Positions 13,230 to 24,815 of a stretch of 64,000 nucleotides of DNA are shown in pieces; position 1 is the stretch's first letter, and each line of letters begins with the position of its first letter. The stretch comes from Vicugna vicugna. Taxonomy: Eukaryota. Below the pieces are notes generated by a model that had not been told where the DNA came from, did not search any database, and saw nothing but the letters and a program-made list of their open reading frames with translations. The DNA is taken from positions 434,001-498,000 of the forward strand of contig MU057865.1 in NCBI GenBank assembly GCA_013265495.1, given 5' to 3'. A program made the translations under genes and the position numbers.

Positions 13230-13353
13230 CCTTTTTTAATTGATGTATAGGCAGTTTACAATGTTGTGACAATTTCTAGTGTACAGCAGAATGTCTCAGT
13301 CATCCATATCCATACATATATTCCTTTTCATATTCTTTTTCATTATAGGTTGC
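13230..13353 (-). mobile_element. Young L1 3' end inserted at the tail of an older L1MC
   Basis: ttgatgtataggcagtttacaatgttgtg...cattataggttgc; flanking repeats tagactattatttttt / tagactttatttttt. Confidence 0.85.
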
Positions 13354-13440
13354 TAGACTTTATTTTTTAGTATAATTTTAGGATCACAGCAAGTTGAAAG
13401 GAAGGTACAGAGAATTCCTACACACCCTTTGCACCCCAGA
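13354..13440 (-). mobile_element. L1MC-type 3' end relic
   Basis: ttttaggatcacagcaagttgaaaggaaggtacagagaattcc; antisense counterpart of the element end at ~21170-21237. Confidence 0.7.
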
Positions 13441-13821
13441 TCTACACTCGATTTATTTTTCATTTATTCAGAATAGTCCTGTATTTTTTCAGTTTTTTTT
13501 TTAAATTTTGTGTGTAAATTTTATTTTCCCATTAGGGAGGGTAGGAGTCTTGCCCAGGGTGACACTAGTACATAACAGATAATGTGCTCAAAAATGACAC
13601 ATTGCTTGATAATGCCATTGCTTTTCCTTAGGGGTAGAAAAGGTAGAAATTTGTGGCACATTTTTTCCCCTTGTATCTTGCTTTTCAATATCGCTACTGT
13701 TGTTTTAATAATACGCTGGAAATAATGAATGAACGGCTAATGTTCATAATGTGCGATACCTCCATCCACGTCTAGTCTCAGGGTCGACACCATCACTGGT
13801 CCTGGTTAATCACTTGAAATA

Positions 13822-14018
13822 TTTTTTTTAATTTTTTAATTTTTTAAAGTTTTTTTTTGAGTTATAGTCATTCTACAATGTTGTGTCAAATTCCAGTGAA
13901 GAGCACAATCTTTCAATTATACATGAACACACATACACTCATCGTCACATTCTCTTTCGCTGTGAGCCACCACAAGATCCTGTATACGTTTCCCTGTGCT
14001 ACACAGTACAATCCTGTT
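13822..14018 (-). mobile_element. Young camelid L1 3' end with 17-bp TSD
   Basis: TSD gttaatcacttgaaata (13805-13821) / gttaatcgtttgaaata (14019-14035); collinear with the copy at 27570-27729. Confidence 0.92.
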
Positions 14019-15254
14019 GTTAATCGTTTGAAATAAAATGATTTTTTGTCAAGAGTACCTATTGCACAAGGAGTTACATAGCTGGTTCTCTTCAGATCAC
14101 TCCATCCCTTCCTGTTTTCTGGAAAAGAAGCTTCAACTGATCGCCCACTCCTTTTAGAGGATTCCTTTGTATACCCTTGATGATGCCGAATGAAATAAAA
14201 AAAATTTCAGAAAGTCGTCTTGATCTCTACTTCCTCACTCAAGCAGACAACTTTAATGTATTTGTGCACAGAGAAGAGGAAAACCCACTCCTCTGGGAAC
14301 CGATGACTAAGGATATTGAAAGGCGACTAATCTGATGCCCTCACACGAGTAGGATCAGAAATGAACTAATTTTTGAGTCTTATGCCCCAAATGAAGTAAA
14401 AAAAAAAAATTCCACTATCCAGACAATCCTGTTTATTTCAGAGCAGGAGTTTGTGAAGTAAGTCCTTAAAATCACATCTGTTCACCTTACGTGGCGGGAA
14501 GGAGAGGCGACTTCTGAAGCAGGGTGATTGAAATGGAAATACATTCAAATAAATGGACGCGGGAGCTCCACTTTGTTCTAAATAACCTTTGCTGTGAGCG
14601 ATCAGCTTATTTGAAAGTATGATGGGTGGGCTATCGGGGCAAGGCTGTATCTGATTTTTTTTTTTAATCATTAGTCTATCTTCCCTTTTTATTCAACCTT
14701 TTGGAATAAGGTCTTATACTCAGGGCAGAACAGGGAGTCGGGGAGCTGAGGCTTCAAAGGACACTGTGCACGTGTTTCTGATGGGTTTTCAAGTGCATCC
14801 TTCTCCCCTCGGACGATGTCTCTTTCAGAACACCTAGATTTGAAATTTGCTGTATTACTGCTATAGTACTACAGAAACCAAGGAATGCCACAAGTACCGA
14901 TTTGTATGTAAGAGAAGAAGAAATCTGATTTTTTCTTTAATCAAGAATGCTGTGTGCATCTCTAACAGCCACACCTTGTGAAACACAGCCGTGTACCTTG
15001 GTTGGATGCGTCTGAACTGTATGGGAACAAAGGATCAGTTACAATGATATGTATATATTTGCACATGATCAGCTCAGATTTCCCCTTATAACCCTCTGAC
15101 TACACCTTAAATCAGACTCAAGATTTATGTAGCTTGATCTGTACATTGTCCCTGCCACCGGAATTTTCCCTTCCATCCTTTTGCTCACTTGAATGCCCTT
15201 TCCCCTCCATTCTTTCAAGCAGAAAGGTGAAGTGAACTTTCCTCTTTATATAAA

Positions 15255-15450
15255 ACATGGTATATTTTAAGCACTCTGTTGAAGGCTTTATACTGCATTT
15301 TATTTTATCCTTTTAGCAATGCTAAGAAAATAAAGTGTTATTTTGTCTTGTAGTCAGGAAATTTAAGGCTTAAAAAGGATTGAAGGAATTGTCTAAGTTA
15401 ATGTGGTTCTTCAACGGTGGTGTCAGGATTCCTATCAAGGCTCAGTCCTC
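15255..15450 (-). mobile_element. MIR relic
   Basis: aggaaatttaaggctt...ttgtctaag...caggattc. Confidence 0.45.
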
Positions 15451-15639
15451 CTTTTCCCCTAAATCTGATCTACAGTTTATTTATTCATGGATTCGACTAA
15501 ATTTTTCAGTTCCTGGACAAAACTCCTTTGCCTACCTTTCCTCCTTCCCTCTCCCGTTTAAATTGTTTGCTGGTGTCATACAATTTAAATAATCTAGAAT
15601 AATATAGAGCCAAAGTCTCAAGTGTCTTTTACCTCCTCG

Positions 15640-15850
15640 CCTTATTCTTCCTCCCATCATCTCGAGGTAACACTTTGCAACTTACTGTGTGTCCCTCCAG
15701 ACAATTGTCTATGTATTTCTGCGTATGTAAAAATTCACACATATACATATATAATTTTATATTCATATGTACATCTATAGCTTGGATCGATATTTTTCTA
15801 TAAATGGGATTATACTGCAGATGTTGTCCTGAAACTTGCTATCTTTCATG
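15640..15850 (-). mobile_element. L1ME-type relic
   Basis: gaggtaacact...tgtccctccagac...taaatgggattatactg...aacttgct. Confidence 0.55.
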
Positions 15851-15859
15851 TAAAGGATC

Positions 15860-16250
15860 TGTTCCAGTTATTTGGCTCCACAGCAAATAACACCCAGACC
15901 TTAGTGGCATTAAACACACATTCATCATGTTCATAGATTCTGTGGGTTGGAAATTTGGGAAGGGTGCAGGGTGGAAAGTGTGTCTTTCCTGCCCAGTGTT
16001 GGGGGCTTTGGAGGACTTGGAAGTGAGAAGCTGGAATCATCTGAAGGTTCATTCACTCACGTGTCTGAAGGGTGAGATTGCTCTTGGTTGGGGGCCCCAG
16101 TTCTGCGTCACGTAGGCTTCTCCATCTGGTCTCTCTCTCTGTTATGGTTTGGGCTCCCCATGGAATGAATACCCCATAACAGAGAGAGCCAGGAAGATGC
16201 TGTGTCTTCTTTTGTGACCTTGCCTTGAAAGTCACATAACATTATTTCCT
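15860..16250 (-). mobile_element. MLT1G/H-like MaLR LTR
   Basis: tgttccagtta...ttagtggcattaaac...attctgtgggttggaaatttggg...gctggaatcatctgaagg...gccttgaaagtcaca. Confidence 0.8.
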
Positions 16251-17462
16251 TAGACTATTTCCTAGAGCGCTAAAATATATAGCACACAGAAATCTGATGA
16301 ATGAAAACAGTCTATATCAAGCAAATTGTGCAAACAGTGAAGTGCGTTAAATTCTAAGGCTACATCTGGGACCCTCCGTCAAATGGCATATGGACAAGAT
16401 GGAACAAATATGGACCCCGTGGCCCATATTCTTTCTTACACAAAGACCTTCTTTAGGTATAAGCATTGCTGCTAGAAACAAAAACAAAAACAAAAACATA
16501 TGGCTCAATTGTTTTTGTTATAAATTGAGTTTTAACAAGGGCCCAAAATAACATTGGTTCAAAGAATATGGAAGTCAATTTCTCTCTCACGTGAAGGTTC
16601 AACCTTGTTTGGAAGTTTTGAATGCCCACAGGCTATGAGGTGCCTGGAATGGTTGAGAAAGGCGCGTGTGGTTGAGAAATCTTATTTGGGAAGATTATTT
16701 TCACCCTCTTCTCTGGCAAGATGTCTCCTTCATCCACATATTTCAAGCTAACTGTCTATTTTTATGATTTCTGTAGGATGGGACATTATCTTTTTCTTAA
16801 CGGCACAATCCAGAAATTGCCAACATCAATTATACTAATGTTCCATTGGTCAGAATTTATCCTGTGGTTGAGAAAGGTAGTCTTACCTAGATGGCCAATT
16901 GCCCAGCTAATAATTCAACTATCAGGTAAGAAGGAGAGAATGGATAATGAGCGATGAGTGGCCATCTTCCCCTTGGGACTCTATATAAAAAAGAGTTATG
17001 GGTAATTTCTTTCTCTCCTTGTGTCACTGACAGCTTCTAAGGATAGGCCTCATAGCTATCTGTTAGTGTGACAGAGGCATCTGTCCAGTGGACCCGCATT
17101 CTGGCTCCACAGTGTTGAGTTCAAAATGTACTTGGACCAGACTATACTGTCATGGGAGGCTGACAGAGATGAAAGCTGTTTGCTTCTGAGTGTCTGCATT
17201 GTACCGCACTGCACCATGTCGTCAAGTGCGTAGGCTTACCCATGGTTGACTTAAGTGTATGACATGCTCTCTGAGAAGTATCCAGGCTCTTTGTATCAAC
17301 CTGCTCCTACTGAGAGTCTAACGGGACTCTTACTCAGGTGTCAATACTCATAGTTATATATCCTATTAGTCAGGGGTCTGAAACCTTTTTCATCTGTCTA
17401 TTACTGAGTTCTCAGCTCTGGGTCCTGAATTTGGTTACTTTCTTCTGTGTCCTTTGGTTAAG

Positions 17463-17502
17463 TGTACTAGTCAGGGTTCTCCAGAGAAAAGAACCAATAG
17501 GG

Positions 17503-17550
<48 letters not shown>

Positions 17551-18082
17551 ATCTACCTATCTCTGTCTGTCTCTCTCTCTACATATATCAATCAATCAAT
17601 CAATCAATCAATTGGTAGCTCAATAGATATACAGAAAGAGATTTATTGTGAGAAACTGGCTCACATGATTATGAAGTCCCAAGATCTGTCATCTCCAAGC
17701 TGGAGGCCAAGGAAAGCCAGTGGTTTGGTTTCAATCCAAATCTAAAGGCCTGAGAACCAGGGGAGCCAATGGCGTAAATCTTGGACCCAGCCCGAAGGCT
17801 CAAGAGCTGGGAGCGCAGCTGTCCAAAGGTAGAAAAAGATGGCTGGTCCAGCTCAAGCAGAGAGAAATGTGCCCTTGCTCTGCTTTTTGTTGTGTTCGGG
17901 CCCTCAAAGGATTGGGTGACCCCCACTTGCTTTTGTGAGGGCCGTCTTCTTTACTCAGTCTGCCTATTTGAATGCTAATCTCTTTCTGAAAACCCTCACA
18001 GGCACTTCCAGAAATAATGTTTTACCAGCTATCTGGGCATCCCTTAGCTCAGTCAAGTTGACACATAAAATTAACCATTGCT
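17463..18082 (-). mobile_element. MLT2 (ERVL) solo LTR with 5-bp TSD
   Basis: tgtactagtcagggttctccagagaaa...caagttgacacataaaattaaccat; TSD ttaag at 17458-17462 and 18083-18087. Confidence 0.92.
17503..17611. repeat. Compound (TATC)12 ... (ATCA)n microsatellite inside MLT2
   Basis: Direct reading. Confidence 0.95.
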
Positions 18083-20629
18083 TTAAGTAAATCCGGTTTG
18101 ACCCAAGCGATGTCTGTCAAACGTCAGTCTCATTTGTCAGCATTCTTAATGTCCCTTCGCTCAGGGTTTTATTCTTACCAAAGAGTTGGTGGGAGGGAGC
18201 TCACACAAACTGTGATTTGGGTAAGGACCGCTCTGAGTTCAGATGATCCTAGAGGCATCTCTTTTAGTTCCTCTGTGGAGCAGGCTTCTGAATAAACTCC
18301 ACGTGGCTGTCTGTACGTCAGCATTTAATGCTACAGTATCTGCCATGAAGTAGATGCACAAGAAACATTTATTAAATTTGTGGCACTCAAAAACACAGGA
18401 ACCTCTTCGAGGCCACCTTGGAGAAATATTAATGTGCCTTTAATAGACCCTTCTGTTTCTTTAATACTTCTTTAATAGAACCTAATAGAATTTGACTTCA
18501 AAGACCCCAATATTCCCTTAATATGGATGTTGGATTTATCGCTTACTGGTCTAAACTTTGCTAGAAGCCTATTTACAGGGTGATTCATTCTTAGTATTTG
18601 TTCTTTGGAGAACAATGTAGGTCACTCAATGCTATTTTAACCCCAATATTTAGACAGTGATGAGATTTGAATTCTGTGTTAACAAATCAGAATTATACCA
18701 ACAATTATAGACTCTAATCAATAAATTTTCACTGAGAAAGCCTTTTGAGAATGAACTCAAGCCAATCTAATGCCTTGAACAGTTTTCTATAGACTGTAGT
18801 TAAGCCGTTTACTATTCTGCCCCCTCCCCCCAATTTTATTTTATTTAATTAAAATCATTTTTTCAGGAACAAATATTCATGCATAAAACTTACAATGATG
18901 ATTTAACTCATCTATGGAAAATCTTGCTTCTGCCAATTTGACTGTTTTTTTATGGGAGTTGTATCTACTGCATCCAATTTTTCTGAATCAGATTCTCCGG
19001 ATCAAAATTTGGGCAAGAAAATTAGATATCTCCATCCATTTTGAGCCGATAACACACTTTTCCGCAATGCATTTTCAACCACTGTCAGTTTTATTTTGCA
19101 ACAATTATTTTCACTAGGTCTAATTTTCCTGGGTCAATTTTTATAGTTTTGAAACTTACTAACATGATGACATCTTTCAATCAATTTTTCTTTTATTTTG
19201 CTATGTGAAGTGTTAGCCTTTTTCAGTTTAACTTTGTTGATTTTTTTTTTCAGTATTTGTTTATTTATTGGGACAAAAGTCCTAAGTAGGTCAAAGGTCT
19301 TACAAGGTGAAATTGAAAGATGGGGTTTAAGTGGCAACATCCTGCTTCACCTAGAAAGTACCTCCTTAGTGTTCCAATAGAGAGAGAGAAAGCCTTCCTT
19401 ACACAAAGTTCTTGGTAATTATTACTTTGTGAAATTATATTTACTGAGCCCCAGAGACAGAACTGAGACCAGTAGGACTGAGGAGGCTCAATTATTTCAA
19501 AATAAGAAAAAAAAAAGTCTATCGACTATTAAAATAGCCCAAGTTGAAAGGGAATTGGTGAGCTTCTCCCTAGCATTCAAACAAATTTGGTTAAAAATTT
19601 GTCACCAATTCCATCAGATTTTCTAAATATTCTTTAAAAAAGTCCATAGCAAACAATGCTTTATCAGTTTATATTGCATATTTTTCCAAATTATGGTTGA
19701 AGGGCAGATTTGAGTTTTCTCTCCTTTTAGCCTTTATCTTTCTCAACTGTAGAGGACGAATCACTTTAATCTGTTTTGTTTTTAGGGCTTTTGTAATAGG
19801 TCTTTGTTTTCTCTCTTGCTCCACTTTGTCCTGCCCAAACCCAAGCTCTCAGGTCCTATCCCAGGTCTCTGTCTCTGCCTTCCCTTGGCTCCTCTGTCAC
19901 TGGCCTTCTGAAGGTGGGTTAGGTATCCTTCAGTGCCATTCAGATGTTTAGCAACAAGTGGCATTGGATTATGTGGATGACTGATTGCTTTTCAAAAGTT
20001 TTATTACATGTAGCCATACTGACGACACACACGAACAGACCAGTAGAATATACTTTGCGAAATTACACAAAAGGATGTTGTGTGGCTCAAAGGAGACATG
20101 GTGTGCAGTCCTTCTCCAAGGGCTTCTGTGCCTGTTGAGGGATCAAAATATGTCTTTGTAAACATTTGGGAAAATTATAGGACACAAATTAGCCAAGTAT
20201 TCCATAAGTGTTACAGACAAAACTTGCTATAGAAGTTTAGGAAGTAAAGATTTACATGGGCTAATGATATCAAAGCACGTTTAATGGAAGAAGTAACATC
20301 ACTAATTATTGAGGCAGCTTTGGTATTTGCACTGTATTCTTCACAAAGAGAATTATTATTCAGGAAATCCTGTGTTTTGCTTTTAAATTTGTCTGTGAGT
20401 TGTAACAAGATAAGCTGTTAAGTTTTCCGCTGGCCTTTGGGGGTGTGTGGCAATCACACACACCCACAAATCCTCATTCTCAAAAGAAATATTAGAAAGT
20501 CTAGATTGTAAAGAAGAAAATCAGGAAATTCTGTGGTTAGAACGCTGGGCCGGAGAGGTGGTGGTTGAATCCTAAGTTTCCTGAGAGAGCTCAAAGAGCA
20601 GCATTACGGAGAAATCCCAGGCAGCCTGG

Positions 20630-20760
20630 GATTCATTCACGCCCGTCCCAGGTACTTACTGAGTATCTGTAATGTGTCAGACGCTACCCTAGTCCCTGGA
20701 GATGCAGAAATGAACCAGACAGATGTAGTTGGGGTTTCATGATTCTAAGTAGGAGAAACA
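20630..20760 (-). mobile_element. L2 3' end relic
   Basis: attcattca...tacttactgagtatctgtaatgtgtcagac...ctggagatgcagaaatgaaccagacaga. Confidence 0.65.
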
Positions 20761-20799
20761 CGCACATGCCTCTCCCTGCTCCAATCACCAATCACCTAT

Positions 20800-21237
20800 T
20801 TAGGAAGAAAATAGTCTGAAATGGCTACATACTGTATGATTCCAACCATATGACATTCAGGAAAAGGCAAAGCTATGGAGACAGTAAAAGGATTGTTGGT
20901 TGCCACAGCTGGGAAAGGGGGATGAATGGGTAGAGCACAGAGGATTTTCAGGGAAGTGAAAATACTCTTCTGTATGATGATAATGATGGACACTTGTCAT
21001 TTTACCTGCGTCCAGTAACACCAAGAGAGAACCCCAATATAAACTCTGGACTTTGGATGATTGTCGTGTGTTGATGAAGATTCATCCATTGTAACACGTG
21101 TGCTGCTCTGGTGCGGATGCTGATAATGGGGGGTGTAATGGGGGAATTGTGGGGATGAAGGTATATGAGAGATCTCTGTACCTTTCCCTCAATTCTGCTT
21201 TGAACCTTAAGCTGCTCTTAAGAAACAGTCTTAAAGC
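20800..21237 (+). mobile_element. L1MC1/2-like 3' end
   Basis: ggctacatactgtatgattccaac...ggaaaaggcaaagctatggagacagtaaaag...atctctgtacctttccctcaattctgc. Confidence 0.85.
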
Positions 21238-21640
21238 AAGTCAAGAAGCAAACCAGCCTCAGGCTTGCCACTTTTTCCCCTAAAATAAAGCCACAGTTTA
21301 CAAAATATTGGTAGAAGAATGTGGAAATTCTCCTTAAATGGTGATCTGGCTCTACCTCCAGGTCCACCTTGCATGTAAAATGATAATTTTGTCATGAAAA
21401 AGCAAGTGGATGGGTCATGTACCTACTAACCCCTGGATGTCCCTTCCAGCTTGGGCAATCCACGACATTCTCCAGCTCTCTGAGAGGTATAAATCCTGCA
21501 CTGCTGGTCATATTTACCTGATCTTCCCGTGTTTACGCTGGAGCTGAGGCTGTTCCCCTGTAAGTCTTGTGGTTTGCGATCATTTAATAATGCTCCTTTT
21601 GTCTGAACCTGGGATTGCTCACTTTAAAAAATGGATCTGG

Positions 21641-21947
21641 AGTCTGTTTCTGTTTCGGAGATGAGTTCATTAGTGAACACTCTTATGGTTACTGGGGGGA
21701 AGGGGATGGTTAGGGATAAACTGGGGAGTTTGAGATTTGTAAATGTTAACTGCTATATATAAAAATAAATTAAAAAAACGTTTCTTCTGTATGGCACAGG
21801 GAACTATATTCAATATCTTGTAATAACCTTTAACAAAAAAGAATATGAAAACAAATATATGTATATATAGGCAAGACTGGAACATTATGCTGCACACCAG
21901 AAATTGACACATTGTAACTGACTATACTTCAGTTAAAAAAAATAAAT
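21641..21947 (+). mobile_element. Young L1 3' end with 5' inversion and TSD
   Basis: TSD aaaatggatctgg / aaaatagatctgg; 21641-21671 is antisense L1, the remainder sense L1 to the A-tail. Confidence 0.9.
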
Positions 21948-22324
21948 AAAATAGATCTGGAAACCCATATGGGGGATTATTCTCACTTTATATGTATATA
22001 TTTTCCCTTGAAGGTGGTAACATATGGAGCAATAATTATAGCAAGATTTTCTTCTATCGTTATCGTGTTTAACGTTTTTTCCACCACATGGAGTACTCAT
22101 TTTTAAAATCCTTGGCCAAAACTCGATGTTGTCCTTTTCAATGACTAAACCTTTGTTGAATTCACAGGCACTGTATCATGTAGACTTTGCTCACCAGCCC
22201 CACCCGCGTCATAGATCACAGCAAAGCGCTTCTTGGAGCAGCTCGGTCTGGCGGCAGTGATGATGCAATTACTGAATTTAATGGGTCCGCTTCAGATCTA
22301 CTCTTTCAAACTACGGCTGAGCAA

Positions 22325-22432
22325 TATCCCCCTCTTCCCTCTCCTCTTGTGCTCCTCGATACACCTTTGTTTCCTTCTCTTCCTTGTAACTCCCCTCCTC
22401 TTCATCCTCCTTTTCCTTCTCCTCCATCTCTG
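22325..22432. repeat. CT-rich low-complexity tract
   Basis: Direct reading. Confidence 0.8.
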
Positions 22433-22814
22433 CCAGGACATGTAGCAGGCAGTCATTACAGCCTTGATGATGATCGTTTTTAACCCATAAGCCAGAGTAA
22501 TGAATGTGAATTCCCTGCTTCTAACAGTCTGAATTCGGGTCAGTTCTCCCCGAGAGCTACAGGTTTAGTCCCTTTTCCACTAGGCGGTTGGGACCAAAGG
22601 GCGAGAGTCGCCCAAACTCCTTCCCCATTTCCTCCCAGCTCAATCTTCACAGTAGTGTAGAATCCTCTCTCTACCGCCTGAAATGGGCCGGCATTCTCAA
22701 ATTCTGCAGCCCTGACTTCTCTGCTTTGCTAATCTGCCCCCAGCATTATTCATTGCCTTTCTCATGGGTAAAAGTTAATATATTTAGGGAAACAAAGGTA
22801 GGGATCTCATGGTT

Positions 22815-22990
22815 TTGAACTGCAAGCCAGGCAGTGTTGGAAACTTTATGTAGATTATCTCCCTTAACCTTAACAACAACCTCATAAGGTGGGTCTTACT
22901 ATCCCTTTTCCAATTTGAGAAAACCAAAGTTCGGTAGGATATGAGACATTTGGCTGTTGCTTTTTGGACCTGAATTATATATTGACTCAA
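22815..22990 (-). mobile_element. MIR relic
   Basis: gccaggcagtgt...taacaacaacctcataaggtggg...tgagaaaacc. Confidence 0.6.
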
Positions 22991-24594
22991 AAGGACTTGA
23001 CCATATTGAAATATTCTTTTTTTATGTTATTTCTAAGCAATCTTGTTTCCAACCCTGTTACATGAGGACAGAGGCTTTTTCTTTTTGAATTACCTCTGTC
23101 TAGCAGAGCACCTTGCATTTAGGAAGTATCCAGGCATTCTTGTTATCAGTTTCTGTGTTTCCAGCATCCCGATAGTCTCAAAATAGATGCCCTCCCCAAA
23201 TAAATACTGATCAATTCATCCATTGACTGATTTTCTTTCATAATCTTTAACTATTCCCAGAAATCGTTAATTTTTAAATGCATGTACTATCCATAAAATC
23301 AAAACATACTATTACCAATCACACACACAAACACACACACACACAAAACATTGTTCATCATCATTTCTCTTTCTGGGTTTCCGATTAATCTCCTTAAATA
23401 GGTACATTATATTTGCTCTCTCAATTTCTATGTTCTTGGAGCTTGGATTTTACAAATTTCAGTCCTTAGGGGTATCTGTGCCTTATTTATACCTCTAAAT
23501 TCCCTGCCTCTGGAATTGCTGAGGGAGGTAGACATACAAACCATGACAGTAAAAATCAAAGTTATTGCACTGCTGTCTAGGCTGCTGTAACCCAGTTCCG
23601 AGAGCTTTAAGAAAAGCTGACGATGGCTGGGACCAGGGAAGTCCTTGCTTCTTTCGTCCTCTCCTTCGAATCTCAAATAGTCAAGCGTTGCCAAAAATGG
23701 TTTTGGATGCAGAATCTTTCCCAGTCTGTTTCTTTCTTGCCCTGCTTGTGGCGGATGCGGGAAGGAAGAGTAGAAAGGCTATTTCTAGAAAGCAGGTCCT
23801 GAATATGCCTAGTAAGTGTATTAACCACGTGGAAATTCTGAAAGGCTAACAAGATGCAGGATGGCTGAATGAAATCCAAAGGGACAGACCCTGCCCTGGG
23901 GTCTAGCACCTGGGGCAGGAAGTGGCCATGCTCTTGCCACAGTAGGGCGCATGCAACCCACAGGACCTTGGTCACTAGCAAGAAAAAAATGAGTATTAAG
24001 TCTCAGACTCTTATCAGTTAGGTCAAGAGCTTCTCTTCCTGGTGAGAAATTAGTGAGGTTGATGGGAAGGGCCTGGGTGTAAAGTTTCCTTTGCAGTCAG
24101 CTCTAATTCCCACTGCCTTCCTAGGCTCCCTGGAGAATCCATTCAAAAGTTGTCCACTTTAGCGGCTAGCTGGCTTTTCCCTGTTTCCTCGCAGAGTCAC
24201 TGTATTTACTGAGTTTTCTCTTCTTGCTGTCTGAGTGGTGGAGAGGAGGGGTCAGCGGTTGTGTGCTGACCCTGGCGGGTCTCGGACCCGGGACAGCCAC
24301 TCCTGCGGTGTCTCTGGTTTCTTGACCTTGGCGTGTGCCCGTTGCCTCATGCTCTCTGCAGGCTGGCGTCCTTCAACTCAGCAGCCCACGCTCACCTTCT
24401 CTTGAGCGTTCCTTGAGCATCTCTTCTGCTGCTTCCCATGTTCTCCAGGCTGGGCTAAGGTAGTTCCTCCGTGTGCTCCTGAGGTCCTGTTCTCATTTCT
24501 AGCAGGTCGTTCTGTAACTACTTAATTCATGGCCTCTCCCCCGCCCCCACCTCCCTTGGCTGTGCTCCCTTGAGGCAGCTCCTGGAGTGGGATT

Positions 24595-24815
24595 AAGGTT
24601 CACCGAGTGCCTTCAACCTGCCAGACGTGGTGCCAGACCTGTCCCGTCCGTATCTGAGTAAATCTCCACACCCTGCCCTGCGAGGTGGATTTCACTATCT
24701 TTATTTTATGGATGGGTAAGTGGTGGCTTAGAGATACTAAGTAGCTTGCCCAAGGCCACTCATTAAGTGGCAGAGCTGGGCTTTGAATCCAGGTTTCTCT
24801 GACACTTCCAGCCCT
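24595..24815 (-). mobile_element. MIR relic
   Basis: taagtagcttgcccaaggccac...aagtggcagagctgggctttgaatccagg. Confidence 0.75.

Noticed and set aside
14442..14457. 16-nt microexon candidate (tttcag|...|gtaagt)
   Set aside because: Not frame-preserving and no supporting exons; cannot be supported without RNA data.
22257..22532. Two C/D-box snoRNA-like motif pairs (GTGATGA 22257 to CTGA 22317; ATGATGA 22467 to CTGA 22529)
   Set aside because: No good terminal stems, no recognisable rRNA guide, and such short motifs are expected by chance.
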